Assembly: GCF_965641715.1 (NCBI RefSeq)
Contig: NZ_OZ282453.1
Direction: 5' to 3' (one strand)
Source of the DNA: Escherichia coli
GTDB taxonomy: Bacteria; Pseudomonadota; Gammaproteobacteria; Enterobacterales; Enterobacteriaceae
Length of the DNA stretch: 64,000 nt
A program made the position numbers and the translations under genes. The notes below the pieces were generated by a model. That model saw nothing but the letters and a program-made list of their open reading frames with translations. It searched no databases and was not told the DNA's origin. This document shows, in pieces, positions 28,139-37,135 of the stretch (its first letter is position 1; each line of letters begins with the position of its first letter).

Positions 28139-30240
28139 TGCTGAATCAGGAAACCGCAAAGGCAGCACGAACCGATTCAGGTTATATCCTTCGCGCACCG
28201 AGACGAATGCGGGTTGCTGATGCCGTTGCTCAGTATATGCGGGTGCCTATGGGGGCAGGGAACTCAGTCCCGTGGGATCCGCTGGTGGCACCGTATGTTA
28301 TTGAGCCTATGAACTGCCTGGCCTCGCGTGAATACGACGCAGTGATATTTGTTGGCCCGGCACGAACCGGCAAGACTATCGGCCTGATTGACGGCTGGGT
28401 GATTTACAACGTGATTTGCGATCCTGCTGATATGCTGATCATTCAGATGACGGAGGAAAAAGCCCGCGAACACTCCAAAAAACGACTCGCCAGAACGTTT
28501 CGCGTCAGCCCGGAAGTGGTCAGTCGCCTGAGTCCGAACAAAAATGACAACAACGTTTATGACAGAACATTCCTTGCTGGCAACTACCTGAAAATCGGCT
28601 GGCCGTCAGTCAATATCATGTCTTCATCAGATTATAAATGCGTGGCGCTGACGGATTATGACCGTTTTCCGGAAGATATTGATGGTGAGGGGGATGCCTT
28701 CTCTCTTGCCTCAAAACGTACCACCACATTTATGTCCAGTGGTATGACGCTGGTGGAGAGTTCCCCCGGCAGGGATGTGAAGGATGTGAAATGGCGACGG
28801 ACTTCACCGCATGAGGCTCCACCAACCACGGGGATCCTGTCGCTCTATAACCGTGGCGATCGCCGTCGCTGGTACTGGCCCTGTCCACACTGTGGTGAGT
28901 ATTTTCAGCCCTGCGGCGATGTGGTTGCTGGTTTCCGTGATATTGCCGATCCTGTGCTGGCAAGTGAGGCGGCTTATATTCAGTGTCCTTGCTGTTCAGG
29001 ACGGATTTTGCCTGAACAAAAACGCGAGCTGAACGGACGTGGGGTCTGGTTACGGGATGGTGAATCCATCAATGCAGATGGCAGTCGTTATGGTGATCCC
29101 CGGCGTTCACGTATTGCGTCATTCTGGATGGAGGGTCCGGCAGCTGCTTATCAGACACTCTCGCAACTCGTTTACAAACTGCTTACTGCAGAACAGGAAT
29201 ACGAGACAACCGGAAGTGAAGAGACACTCAAGACGGTTATCAATACCGACTGGGGATTACCTTATCTTCCCCGCGCCAGCATGGAGCAACGAAAAAGTGA
29301 ATTGCTTGAGCAGCGGGCAGAGCCAGTTCCTTCCCGCAGTGTGCCGGATGGCGTTAATTTCCTTGTGGCGACAGTGGATGTGCAGGCGGGACGTCATCGC
29401 CGTTTTGTGGTTCAGGTAACGGGCTATGGCAGCCGTGGCGAACGCTGGATTATTGATCGTTACAACATCACGCAGTCATTGCGCGGTGACAGCGACGGGG
29501 AGAGCCAGCGAATTGATCCGGCCAGCTATCCGGAAGACTGGGATGTCCTGCTGACGGATGTTTTTCATAAAAGCTGGCCGCTGGCCTCCGATCCTTCTCA
29601 ACAAATGCGACTGATGGCAATGGCGGTGGACTCCGGCGGTGAAGACGGGGTCACTGATAATGCCTATAAATTCTGGCGTCGTTGCCGTCGTGATGGCCTT
29701 GGTAAACGTATTTACCTGTTTAAGGGTGACAGCATCCGGCGCGCAAAACTGATCAGCCGTACATTCCCTGATAACACCGGACGAACGGGCCGCCGGGCGC
29801 AGGCCGCAGGTGATGTGCCGCTCTGGCTTCTTCAGACGGATGCCCTGAAAGACCGGGTGAATAACGCGTTATGGCGTGACTCGCCAGGTCCCGGCTATGT
29901 GCATTTCCCTGACTGGCTGGGGAGCTGGTTTTACGACGAACTGACGTATGAAGAGCGGAGCAGTGACGGGAAATGGAGTAAGCCGGGTCGCGGTGCCAAC
30001 GAAGCTTTTGACCTGATGGTGTATGCCGAGGCTCTGGTCATTCTGCATGGATACGAAAAGATCCGCTGGCCGGATGCACCGGAGTGGGCGAGCCGGGAAA
30101 CCTGGCTGGAGTGTGTCCCGGACAGTACCGAACCGTCACCCACACCGGAACCGGTATCCACGCCTGTTAAAAAACAAAAACGGAAGAAAACAGTAACTGA
30201 CGATGTTAACCCCTGGCTGACTTCCGGAGGATGGTTATGA
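28138..30240 (+). CDS. Terminase large subunit (GpA family)
   Basis: 700 aa; Walker A-like VGPARTGKT; ATGA overlap with small subunit. Confidence 0.85.
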   Translation: MLNQETAKAARTDSGYILRAPRRMRVADAVAQYMRVPMGAGNSVPWDPLVAPYVIEPMNCLASREYDAVIFVGPARTGKTIGLIDGWVIYNVICDPADMLIIQMTEEKAREHSKKRLARTFRVSPEVVSRLSPNKNDNNVYDRTFLAGNYLKIGWPSVNIMSSSDYKCVALTDYDRFPEDIDGEGDAFSLASKRTTTFMSSGMTLVESSPGRDVKDVKWRRTSPHEAPPTTGILSLYNRGDRRRWYWPCPHCGEYFQPCGDVVAGFRDIADPVLASEAAYIQCPCCSGRILPEQKRELNGRGVWLRDGESINADGSRYGDPRRSRIASFWMEGPAAAYQTLSQLVYKLLTAEQEYETTGSEETLKTVINTDWGLPYLPRASMEQRKSELLEQRAEPVPSRSVPDGVNFLVATVDVQAGRHRRFVVQVTGYGSRGERWIIDRYNITQSLRGDSDGESQRIDPASYPEDWDVLLTDVFHKSWPLASDPSQQMRLMAMAVDSGGEDGVTDNAYKFWRRCRRDGLGKRIYLFKGDSIRRAKLISRTFPDNTGRTGRRAQAAGDVPLWLLQTDALKDRVNNALWRDSPGPGYVHFPDWLGSWFYDELTYEERSSDGKWSKPGRGANEAFDLMVYAEALVILHGYEKIRWPDAPEWASRETWLECVPDSTEPSPTPEPVSTPVKKQKRKKTVTDDVNPWLTSGGWL

Positions 30241-30449
30241 ACCAGAATGATATCGAAGCCATGATTCAGCGTTATACGGAAGCTGAAATGGCGGTGCTGG
30301 ACGGAAAATCCGTCACCTTTAATGGTCAGCAGATGACCATGGAAAACTTATCTGAGATCCGGCAGGGACGGCAGGAGTGGGAGCGCCGCCTTGCGGCTCT
30401 GATTACACGACGACGGGGGCATCCCGGGTACCGGCTGGCGAGGTTCTGA
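30237..30449 (+). CDS. Head-tail joining protein (gpW-like)
   Basis: ~70-aa ORF between terminase and portal, GGAGG RBS; lambda order. Confidence 0.6.
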   Translation: MNQNDIEAMIQRYTEAEMAVLDGKSVTFNGQQMTMENLSEIRQGRQEWERRLAALITRRRGHPGYRLARF

Positions 30450-31957
30450 TGGCAATTCTTGATGATGTGATTGGCGTTTTTTCACCAGGATGGAAAGCGG
30501 CAAGGCTGCGTTCCCGTGCGGTGATCCAGGCTTATGAGGCCGTAAAAACGACACGGACACACAAAGCCCGGCGGGAAAACCGAACTGCCGACCAGTTAAG
30601 CCAGTACGGGGCCGTGTCGTTACGTGAGCAGGCCCGTTACCTTGATAACAACCACGATCTGGTTATTGGTGTATTTGACAAGCTGGAAGAACGGGTGGTG
30701 GGGAAAAACGGGATTATTGTCGAGCCACATCCGGTATTACGCAATGGGGCCATTGCCCGTGATCTGGCAGCGGAGATACGCACCCGATGGAGTGAATGGT
30801 CTGTCAGTCCGGAAGTCACCGGGCAGTTTACCCGTCCGATGCTGGAACGTCTGATGCTGCGTACCTGGCTGCGCGATGGTGAGGTGTTTGCCCAGATGGT
30901 TTCCGGGCGCATAAACAGCCTGACGCCTTCTGCCGGTGTTCATTTCTGGCTGGAGGCGCTCGAGCCGGACTTTATTCCCATGACCAGTGATGAGAGCAAC
31001 AGGCTGAATCAGGGCGTGTTTGTTGATGACTGGGGGCGTCCCGAAAAATATCTGGTGTATAAAAGCCGTCCCGTATCCGGGCGGCAGATGGAAACCAAAG
31101 AAGTGGATGCAGAGCGAATGCTGCATCTTAAATTTGTTCGCCGTCTGCACCAGATGCGCGGGACGTCTTTGTTGTCCGGTGTGCTGATCCGCCTCAGTGC
31201 CCTGAAAGAGTATGAAGATTCTGAGCTGACTGCAGCAAGGATCGCCGCTGCTCTGGGGATGTACATCCGGAAAGGCGACGGGCAGAGCTATGAACCGGAT
31301 GGTAATGGCAGCAAGGAGAATGAACGCGAGCTTACCATTCAGCCAGGCATTATTTACGACGATCTGAAACCCGGCGAAGAAATCGGAATGGTGAAGTCGG
31401 ATCGTCCCAATCCTAACCTTGAAACTTTTCGTAATGGTCAGTTGCGTGCCGTGGCGGCGGGCAGTCGTCTGAGTTTTTCCAGTACGGCACGCAACTATAA
31501 CGGCACTTACAGCGCCCAGCGTCAGGAGCTGGTTGAATCCACTGATGGCTACCTGATCCTGCAGGACTGGTTTATTGGTGCCGTCACCCGCCCGATGTAT
31601 CGTGCCTGGCTGAAACAGGCTGTGGCATCCGGTGTTATCAGGCTACCTCGCGATCTTGACCGTTCTTCACTGTATACCGCGGTGTATTCCGGACCGGTGA
31701 TGCCGTGGATTGACCCTGTTAAGGAGGCTGAGGCCTGGAAAATTCAGATTCGTGGTGGAGCGGCGACAGAATCAGACTGGGTACGTGCAGGTGGTCGTAA
31801 TCCGGATGATGTCAAACGTCGGCGCAAGGCCGAAATTGATGAAAACCGCAAGCTGGATCTGGTATTTGATACCGATCCGGCCAGTGATAAAGGAGGCAGC
31901 AGTGCCGCAACGAAACGACAGGAGCCGCAGCACACCGACGACCAGTCCGAAGAATAA
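30449..31957 (+). CDS. Portal protein (lambda gpB family)
   Basis: ORF 30377..31957; start at ATG 30449 (MAILDDVIGVF); position and size. Confidence 0.85.
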   Translation: MAILDDVIGVFSPGWKAARLRSRAVIQAYEAVKTTRTHKARRENRTADQLSQYGAVSLREQARYLDNNHDLVIGVFDKLEERVVGKNGIIVEPHPVLRNGAIARDLAAEIRTRWSEWSVSPEVTGQFTRPMLERLMLRTWLRDGEVFAQMVSGRINSLTPSAGVHFWLEALEPDFIPMTSDESNRLNQGVFVDDWGRPEKYLVYKSRPVSGRQMETKEVDAERMLHLKFVRRLHQMRGTSLLSGVLIRLSALKEYEDSELTAARIAAALGMYIRKGDGQSYEPDGNGSKENERELTIQPGIIYDDLKPGEEIGMVKSDRPNPNLETFRNGQLRAVAAGSRLSFSSTARNYNGTYSAQRQELVESTDGYLILQDWFIGAVTRPMYRAWLKQAVASGVIRLPRDLDRSSLYTAVYSGPVMPWIDPVKEAEAWKIQIRGGAATESDWVRAGGRNPDDVKRRRKAEIDENRKLDLVFDTDPASDKGGSSAATKRQEPQHTDDQSEE

Positions 31958-31970
31958 TTCCTGGTTCAGG

Positions 31971-33929
31971 ATGCAGGCAGGTCACCAGAGTGACGCGGAT
32001 ATTTATATTTATGACGAGATTGGTTTCTGGGGTGTTACAGCGAAGCAGTTTATCAGTGATCTGAATGCACTGGGCGATATCACCCACATTAATCTCCATA
32101 TTAATTCACCGGGTGGCGATGTCTTTGAAGGCATCGCCATTTTTAATGCACTGAAAACACATGGTGCGTCCATTACCGTTTATGTCGACGGTGTGGCGGC
32201 GTCAATGGCGTCGGTCATTGCGATGGTGGGAAACCCGGTCATTATGCCGGAAAACTCCTTCATGATGATTCATAAACCATTTGGCTTTACGGGCGGTGAT
32301 GCGGAGGACATGCGCACCTATGCCGACCTGCTCGATAAAGTTGAGGCGGTTCTGTTACCCGCTTATGCACAGAAAACCGGGAAAACCACCGATGAAATTG
32401 CTGCCATGCTGGCGGATGAGACCTGGATGTCCGGTGCCGAATGTCTGGCACAGGGATTTGCTGATCAGGTGACACCAGCCGTTAAGGCAATGGCATGTAT
32501 TCAGTCAAAACGTACAGAGGAATTTAAAAAGATGCCGGAATCCATTCGAAACATGATTACTCCGCCACGCAACAGTGCTCCACGCGTACAGGATGATGAA
32601 CCTGCAGCCTCCCGGACGCCAGTGCAGGCAGCAGCACCCGTGGTGGATGAAAACAGTATCCGTGCGCAGGTACTGGCAGAGCAAAAAGCGCGTGTAAACG
32701 GTATTAATGATCTGTTTGCCATGTTTGGCGGGCGTTATCAGACGCTGCAGGCCCAGTGTCTTGCCGATCCTGAATGTTCGCTGGAGCAGGCCCGTGAAAA
32801 GCTGTTGAACGAGATGGGGCGCGAGTCCACGCCATCCAATAAAAATACCCCGGCTCATATTTATGCCGGTAACGGTAATTTTGTGGGGGACGGGATTCGC
32901 CAGGCGCTGATGGCGCGTGCCGGATTTGAAAAAACCGAACGTGATAATGTCTACAACGGGATGACCCTGCGTGAATATGCCCGTATGTCACTAACTGAAC
33001 GGGGTATTGGGGTTTCCGGTTATAACCCGATGCAGATGGTCGGTGCGGCGTTCACACACAGTACGTCTGACTTCGGTAATATTCTGCTGGATGTTGCGAA
33101 CAAAGCCATTCTGCAGGGCTGGGAAGATGCCCCTGAAACCTATGAACAGTGGACGCGGAAAGGTCAGTTGTCTGATTTTAAAATTGCCCATCGTGTGGGT
33201 ATGGGGGGCTTCAGTGCTCTACGTCAGGTGCGTGAAGGGGCGGAATATAAATACGTCACCACCGGAGATAAACAGGCCACTATTGCACTGGCGACCTATG
33301 GCGAGCTGTTCAGTATCACCCGTCAGGCCATTATCAATGATGATCTGAATATGCTGACCGATGTCCCGATGAAACTGGGCCGTGCGGCGAAATCCACTAT
33401 TGCCGATCTGGTTTATGCCATTCTGACGTCTAACCCGAAAATCTCCACAGATAATGTAAGTCTGTTCGATAAAGCGAAACATGCAAACGTACTGGAGAGC
33501 GCTGCAATGGACGTGGCATCGCTGGATAAAGCCCGCCAGTTGATGCGCGTTCAGAAAGAGGGGGAGCGTCATCTGAATATTCGTCCTGCGTTCGTACTGG
33601 TACCGACGGCGATGGAGTCTGTTGCTAACCAGGTCATTCGCTCCTCAAGTGTCAAGGGGGCTGACATTAACGCCGGTATTATTAACCCGGTGAAAGATTT
33701 TGCGACCGTTATTGCAGAGCCTCGTCTTGATGATAACAGCCAGACCACCTTCTACCTGGCTGCGTCAAAAGGCTCCGATACGATTGAAGTGGCTTATCTC
33801 AACGGTGTGGATACGCCATATATTGATCAGATGGAGGGCTTCAGTGTGGATGGCGTGACAACGAAAGTGCGTATTGACGCCGGTGTCGCGCCAGTTGATC
33901 ACCGCGGTCTGGTGAAATGTACGGCGTAA
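31971..33929 (+). CDS. Prohead protease (ClpP/S49-like) fused to major capsid protein
   Basis: N-terminal IYIYDEIGFWGVTAKQFISDL...INSPGGDVFEGIAIFNALK...VDGVAASMASVIAMVG protease core; long C-terminal capsid-like domain; 652 aa. Confidence 0.75.
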   Translation: MQAGHQSDADIYIYDEIGFWGVTAKQFISDLNALGDITHINLHINSPGGDVFEGIAIFNALKTHGASITVYVDGVAASMASVIAMVGNPVIMPENSFMMIHKPFGFTGGDAEDMRTYADLLDKVEAVLLPAYAQKTGKTTDEIAAMLADETWMSGAECLAQGFADQVTPAVKAMACIQSKRTEEFKKMPESIRNMITPPRNSAPRVQDDEPAASRTPVQAAAPVVDENSIRAQVLAEQKARVNGINDLFAMFGGRYQTLQAQCLADPECSLEQAREKLLNEMGRESTPSNKNTPAHIYAGNGNFVGDGIRQALMARAGFEKTERDNVYNGMTLREYARMSLTERGIGVSGYNPMQMVGAAFTHSTSDFGNILLDVANKAILQGWEDAPETYEQWTRKGQLSDFKIAHRVGMGGFSALRQVREGAEYKYVTTGDKQATIALATYGELFSITRQAIINDDLNMLTDVPMKLGRAAKSTIADLVYAILTSNPKISTDNVSLFDKAKHANVLESAAMDVASLDKARQLMRVQKEGERHLNIRPAFVLVPTAMESVANQVIRSSSVKGADINAGIINPVKDFATVIAEPRLDDNSQTTFYLAASKGSDTIEVAYLNGVDTPYIDQMEGFSVDGVTTKVRIDAGVAPVDHRGLVKCTA

Positions 33930-33953
33930 ACGTCGCAGACAACAACTCTGATG

Positions 33954-33972
33954 GCCCGTAAGGGCTTTTTTT
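33954..33972 (+). terminator. Rho-independent terminator after capsid gene
   Basis: gccc-gtaa-gggc hairpin followed by TTTTTTT. Confidence 0.6.
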
Positions 33973-34015
33973 GTACCTGAAATCAGCCCCTGAACGGGGC
34001 TGTGCGGAGACAGTT

Positions 34016-34339
34016 ATGGCAAAGAATTTTGTAGAAGAAGGAAAAACGGTGGCGATTGTTGCCAGTGCAGCCATCAGCAGCGGAGATCTGGTGCAGGTGG
34101 GCGATGTTTTTGCGGTGGCGCTGACCGATATTCCACAGGGTGAAACAGGCGACGGCATGACCGAAGGTGTGTTTATGCTGCCTAAGCTGAAAACGGATGA
34201 CATGAAAACGGGTAAGAAGGTTTATCTGAAGTCCGGAAAAGTTCAGCTGACTAACAGCGGCTCTGATCCGCTGGTCGGGGTTGTCTGGGCAGATGCCGGA
34301 ACCAGTGCAGAAGAAGTGCCGGTAAAACTCAATGTCTGA
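34016..34339 (+). CDS. Head decoration protein
   Basis: ORF 33971..34339, start ATG 34016 (MAKNFVEEGK...) with GGAG RBS; position after capsid gene. Confidence 0.6.
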   Translation: MAKNFVEEGKTVAIVASAAISSGDLVQVGDVFAVALTDIPQGETGDGMTEGVFMLPKLKTDDMKTGKKVYLKSGKVQLTNSGSDPLVGVVWADAGTSAEEVPVKLNV

Positions 34340-34607
34340 TCCCTTTTCCCGGCTGGCAGCGCGTATGGATGCTATCACGGTCAGAAAGATGGGAAAGACA
34401 GCCTCGATTAATGATGTCGATATGACTGTGATCCCGGGAGAAACACTGGCAGAGCTGAATGCTCTGTCCGGACCTGCGGTCTCTCTGGTGGTGTTTTCTT
34501 CGGGATACCGCCCACGGCGCGGGGATCGCGTTGTTTATGACGGACAACAATGGACGGTCACACGGCATGAACGTTTTAACGGTAAGCCAATGATCTTTAT
34601 TGAGTAA
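34332..34607 (+). CDS. Head-tail connector/adaptor protein
   Basis: 91-aa ORF in head-completion position; overlapping start/stop. Confidence 0.5.
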   Translation: MSDPFSRLAARMDAITVRKMGKTASINDVDMTVIPGETLAELNALSGPAVSLVVFSSGYRPRRGDRVVYDGQQWTVTRHERFNGKPMIFIE

Positions 34608-34618
34608 AGAGGTGTGGG

Positions 34619-35197
34619 ATGAAGGGGCTTGAGAATGCCATCCGTAATCTGAACAGCCTTGATACCCGTATGGTGCCACAGGCCAGCGCATGGGCGATAA
34701 ACCGTGTGGCACAGAAAGCGGTCTCGGTCGCCACCCGGCAGGTTGCCGGGAATACCGTTGCGGGAGATAACCAGGTGAAAGGGATCCCCCTGAAACTGGT
34801 ACGTCAGCGTGTCCGGGTGTTTAAAGCCAGTCCGTCAGGAAAAATGACGGCCAGGATCCGCGTTAACCGGGGCAATCTGCCCGCTATTAAGCTGGGGACA
34901 GCCCGGGTCAGACTGGCCCGGCGTGGTGGAAAACTGCAGTACCGTGGCAGTGTGCTGAAGGTGGGTAAATATCTTTTCCGGGATGCGTTTATTCAGCAAC
35001 TGGCGAATGGTCGCTGGCATGTGATGCGGCGTATTGATGGCAAAAATCGTTACCCCATTGATGTGGTGAAAGTCCCGCTGTCCGGACCGCTGACACAGGC
35101 ATTTGAAGATGCCCGCGACCGCATTATTGCTGCGGAAATGCCGAAACAGCTGGGGTATGCACTGAAACAACAACTGAGGTTATGGCTGACCCGATGA
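34619..35197 (+). CDS. Tail completion protein (gpZ-like)
   Basis: 192-aa ORF directly upstream of gpU homologue. Confidence 0.55.
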   Translation: MKGLENAIRNLNSLDTRMVPQASAWAINRVAQKAVSVATRQVAGNTVAGDNQVKGIPLKLVRQRVRVFKASPSGKMTARIRVNRGNLPAIKLGTARVRLARRGGKLQYRGSVLKVGKYLFRDAFIQQLANGRWHVMRRIDGKNRYPIDVVKVPLSGPLTQAFEDARDRIIAAEMPKQLGYALKQQLRLWLTR

Positions 35198-35595
35198 ACC
35201 GACATACACAAATCCGCCAGGCCGTACTGGCACGCCTTCGGGAACAGTGTGGAGACAGCGCCACGTTTTTTGACGGGCTTCCGGCATTTATTGATGCGCA
35301 GGAACTGCCTGCCGTGGCGGTGTGGCTGAGTGATGCTCAGTACACCGGAAAAATGACGGATGAAGATGACTGGCAGGCTGTTCTGCATATTGCTGTCTTC
35401 ATCCGGGCACAGGCACCGGATTCAGAGCTGGATATGTGGATGGAGAGCACCATTTTCCCGGCCCTGAATGATATACCGGCACTTTCCGGACTCATCGACA
35501 CCCTGATCCCTCTCGGTTTTAACTATCAACGTGATAATGAGATGGCCACCTGGGCGATGGCGGAAATCACGTACCAGATCACGTACACGAATTAA
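35194..35595 (+). CDS. Minor tail protein U (tail terminator)
   Basis: RHTQIRQAVLARL...ATFFDGLPAFIDAQELPAVAVWLSDAQYTGK...PDSELDMWMES...IPALSGLI resembles lambda gpU. Confidence 0.85.
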   Translation: MNRHTQIRQAVLARLREQCGDSATFFDGLPAFIDAQELPAVAVWLSDAQYTGKMTDEDDWQAVLHIAVFIRAQAPDSELDMWMESTIFPALNDIPALSGLIDTLIPLGFNYQRDNEMATWAMAEITYQITYTN

Positions 35596-35606
35596 AGGAG
35601 GTGGCA

Positions 35607-36350
35607 ATGACCACACCAAATCCACTGGCAAAAACGAAAGGTGCGGGAACGACGTTCTGGATGTACACCGGCAAGGGCGATGCGTTTGCGAACCCTTTAT
35701 CGAACACTGACTGGCTGCGTCTTGCGATGGTGAAGGATCTGCAACCTGGCGAAATGACCGCTGATGCAGAAGATGACACTTATCTCGATGATGAAGATGC
35801 AGACTGGAAAACGACAACCCAGGGGCAGAAATCCGTCGGTGATACTTCGGCGACGCTGGCCTGGCGTCCGGGTGACAGCGGGCAGAAAAAACTGGTTCAG
35901 TTGTTCGACTCCGGTGAAGTCTGCGCGTTTCGTATCAAATATCCCAACGGCACTGTTGATGTTTTCCGTGGCTGGCTGAGCTCACTGGGTAAAACCATTG
36001 CCTCAAAAGACGTGATGACCCGCACAGTGAAAATCAGCGGTGTGGGGCGTCCGTATCTGGCAGAGGAAGGCACTGAAACAGTGAGCGTTACCGGGCTGAC
36101 GGTGGCACCGGCATCTGCCAGTGTAAAAGTGGGAGCAACCACCACGCTGACCTTTACAGTAAAACCTGACGGAGCCAGTGACAAAGCGATCAGTGTGCAT
36201 TCGACAGATCCACAGACTGCCACTGTGACCCTGAACGGGCTTGTGGCCACGGTGAAAGGCGTGAAGCAGGGCAGTGTCAGCATTGTGGGCATGACTTCTG
36301 ACGGCGATTTTGTGGCAGTGGCTGCGGTGGCTGTCAGCGCCGCAGGTTAA
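35607..36350 (+). CDS. Major tail protein V with C-terminal Ig-like (Big_2) domain
   Basis: AAGGAGG RBS; lambda gpV-like N-terminus and Ig-like C-terminal extension. Confidence 0.85.
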   Translation: MTTPNPLAKTKGAGTTFWMYTGKGDAFANPLSNTDWLRLAMVKDLQPGEMTADAEDDTYLDDEDADWKTTTQGQKSVGDTSATLAWRPGDSGQKKLVQLFDSGEVCAFRIKYPNGTVDVFRGWLSSLGKTIASKDVMTRTVKISGVGRPYLAEEGTETVSVTGLTVAPASASVKVGATTTLTFTVKPDGASDKAISVHSTDPQTATVTLNGLVATVKGVKQGSVSIVGMTSDGDFVAVAAVAVSAAG

Positions 36351-36370
36351 CAGGACGATACTCATCATTT

Positions 36371-36394
36371 GCCCCGGTTATCCGGGGCTTTTTT
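36371..36394 (+). terminator. Rho-independent terminator after major tail gene
   Basis: gccccgg-ttat-ccggggc hairpin followed by TTTTTT. Confidence 0.7.
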
Positions 36395-36407
36395 GCAGGT
36401 GGAGAAC

Positions 36408-36797
36408 ATGATGTTTCTGAAACAGGGCACGTTTAATTATGAAAAGCAGTCCGTGGTGCTCAGTGAGCTGTCCGGGCTGCAGAGAATTGAATATCTGGCG
36501 TTTGTTCAGCAGCGAACGGCAAAGTTTGATGCCGAAGAGGGAGAACTGCCGGAGGCTGAACGACAGATTGCTTTTCTGCGGATGGGGATGGATATCAATG
36601 CCTGGCTGGTTTCCCGCTCACTGTGGAATGCGGAACAGTCTCAGGATGTTGAGACGCTTTGCGCATCCGTTATTACAACATGGTCGTATGATGCCCTGGG
36701 AGCGGGGGCGGAGATGGTTCTGTCGCTGAGCGGTATGGGAGTCATTGAGAATGCCGGGGATTTGGAGCATGAGGTGCTGACGCCGGAAAAGTCCTGA
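36408..36797 (+). CDS. Tail assembly chaperone G
   Basis: MMFLKQGTFNYEKQSVVLSELSGLQRIEYLAFVQ...; lambda gpG-like, start after terminator with GGAG RBS. Confidence 0.8.
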   Translation: MMFLKQGTFNYEKQSVVLSELSGLQRIEYLAFVQQRTAKFDAEEGELPEAERQIAFLRMGMDINAWLVSRSLWNAEQSQDVETLCASVITTWSYDALGAGAEMVLSLSGMGVIENAGDLEHEVLTPEKS

Positions 36798-36805
36798 CGC
36801 GGGAA

Positions 36806-37135
36806 ATGCAGTTTGTCATGCGGCTTGCCCGGGAGTTCCGGCGGGCAGACTGGCGGCGGATGCTGTCGGAAATGTCGGCCACTGAGCTTGGTGAGTGGGG
36901 CGATTATTTCCGGATGCAGAGCTTCAGTGATGTGTGGATGGATGCGCAGTTTGCCTCGCTGAAGGCATTGATCGTGAGAATGGTGTCCGGTAGCAGTGAT
37001 GCTGCGGTGGCTGATTTCAGCCTTTTACCGGAAGAGAACGGGATACCGGAGCGAACGGACGAAGAACTGATGCATCTTGGGGAAGGTATTTCCGGAGGTG
37101 TGCGTTATGGACCAGATAGCCAACCTGGTCATTGA
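36806..37135 (+). CDS. Tail assembly chaperone T-frame segment (expected G-T frameshift product)
   Basis: Frame-shifted ORF overlapping end of G; T frame open from 36773. Confidence 0.6.
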   Translation: MQFVMRLAREFRRADWRRMLSEMSATELGEWGDYFRMQSFSDVWMDAQFASLKALIVRMVSGSSDAAVADFSLLPEENGIPERTDEELMHLGEGISGGVRYGPDSQPGH

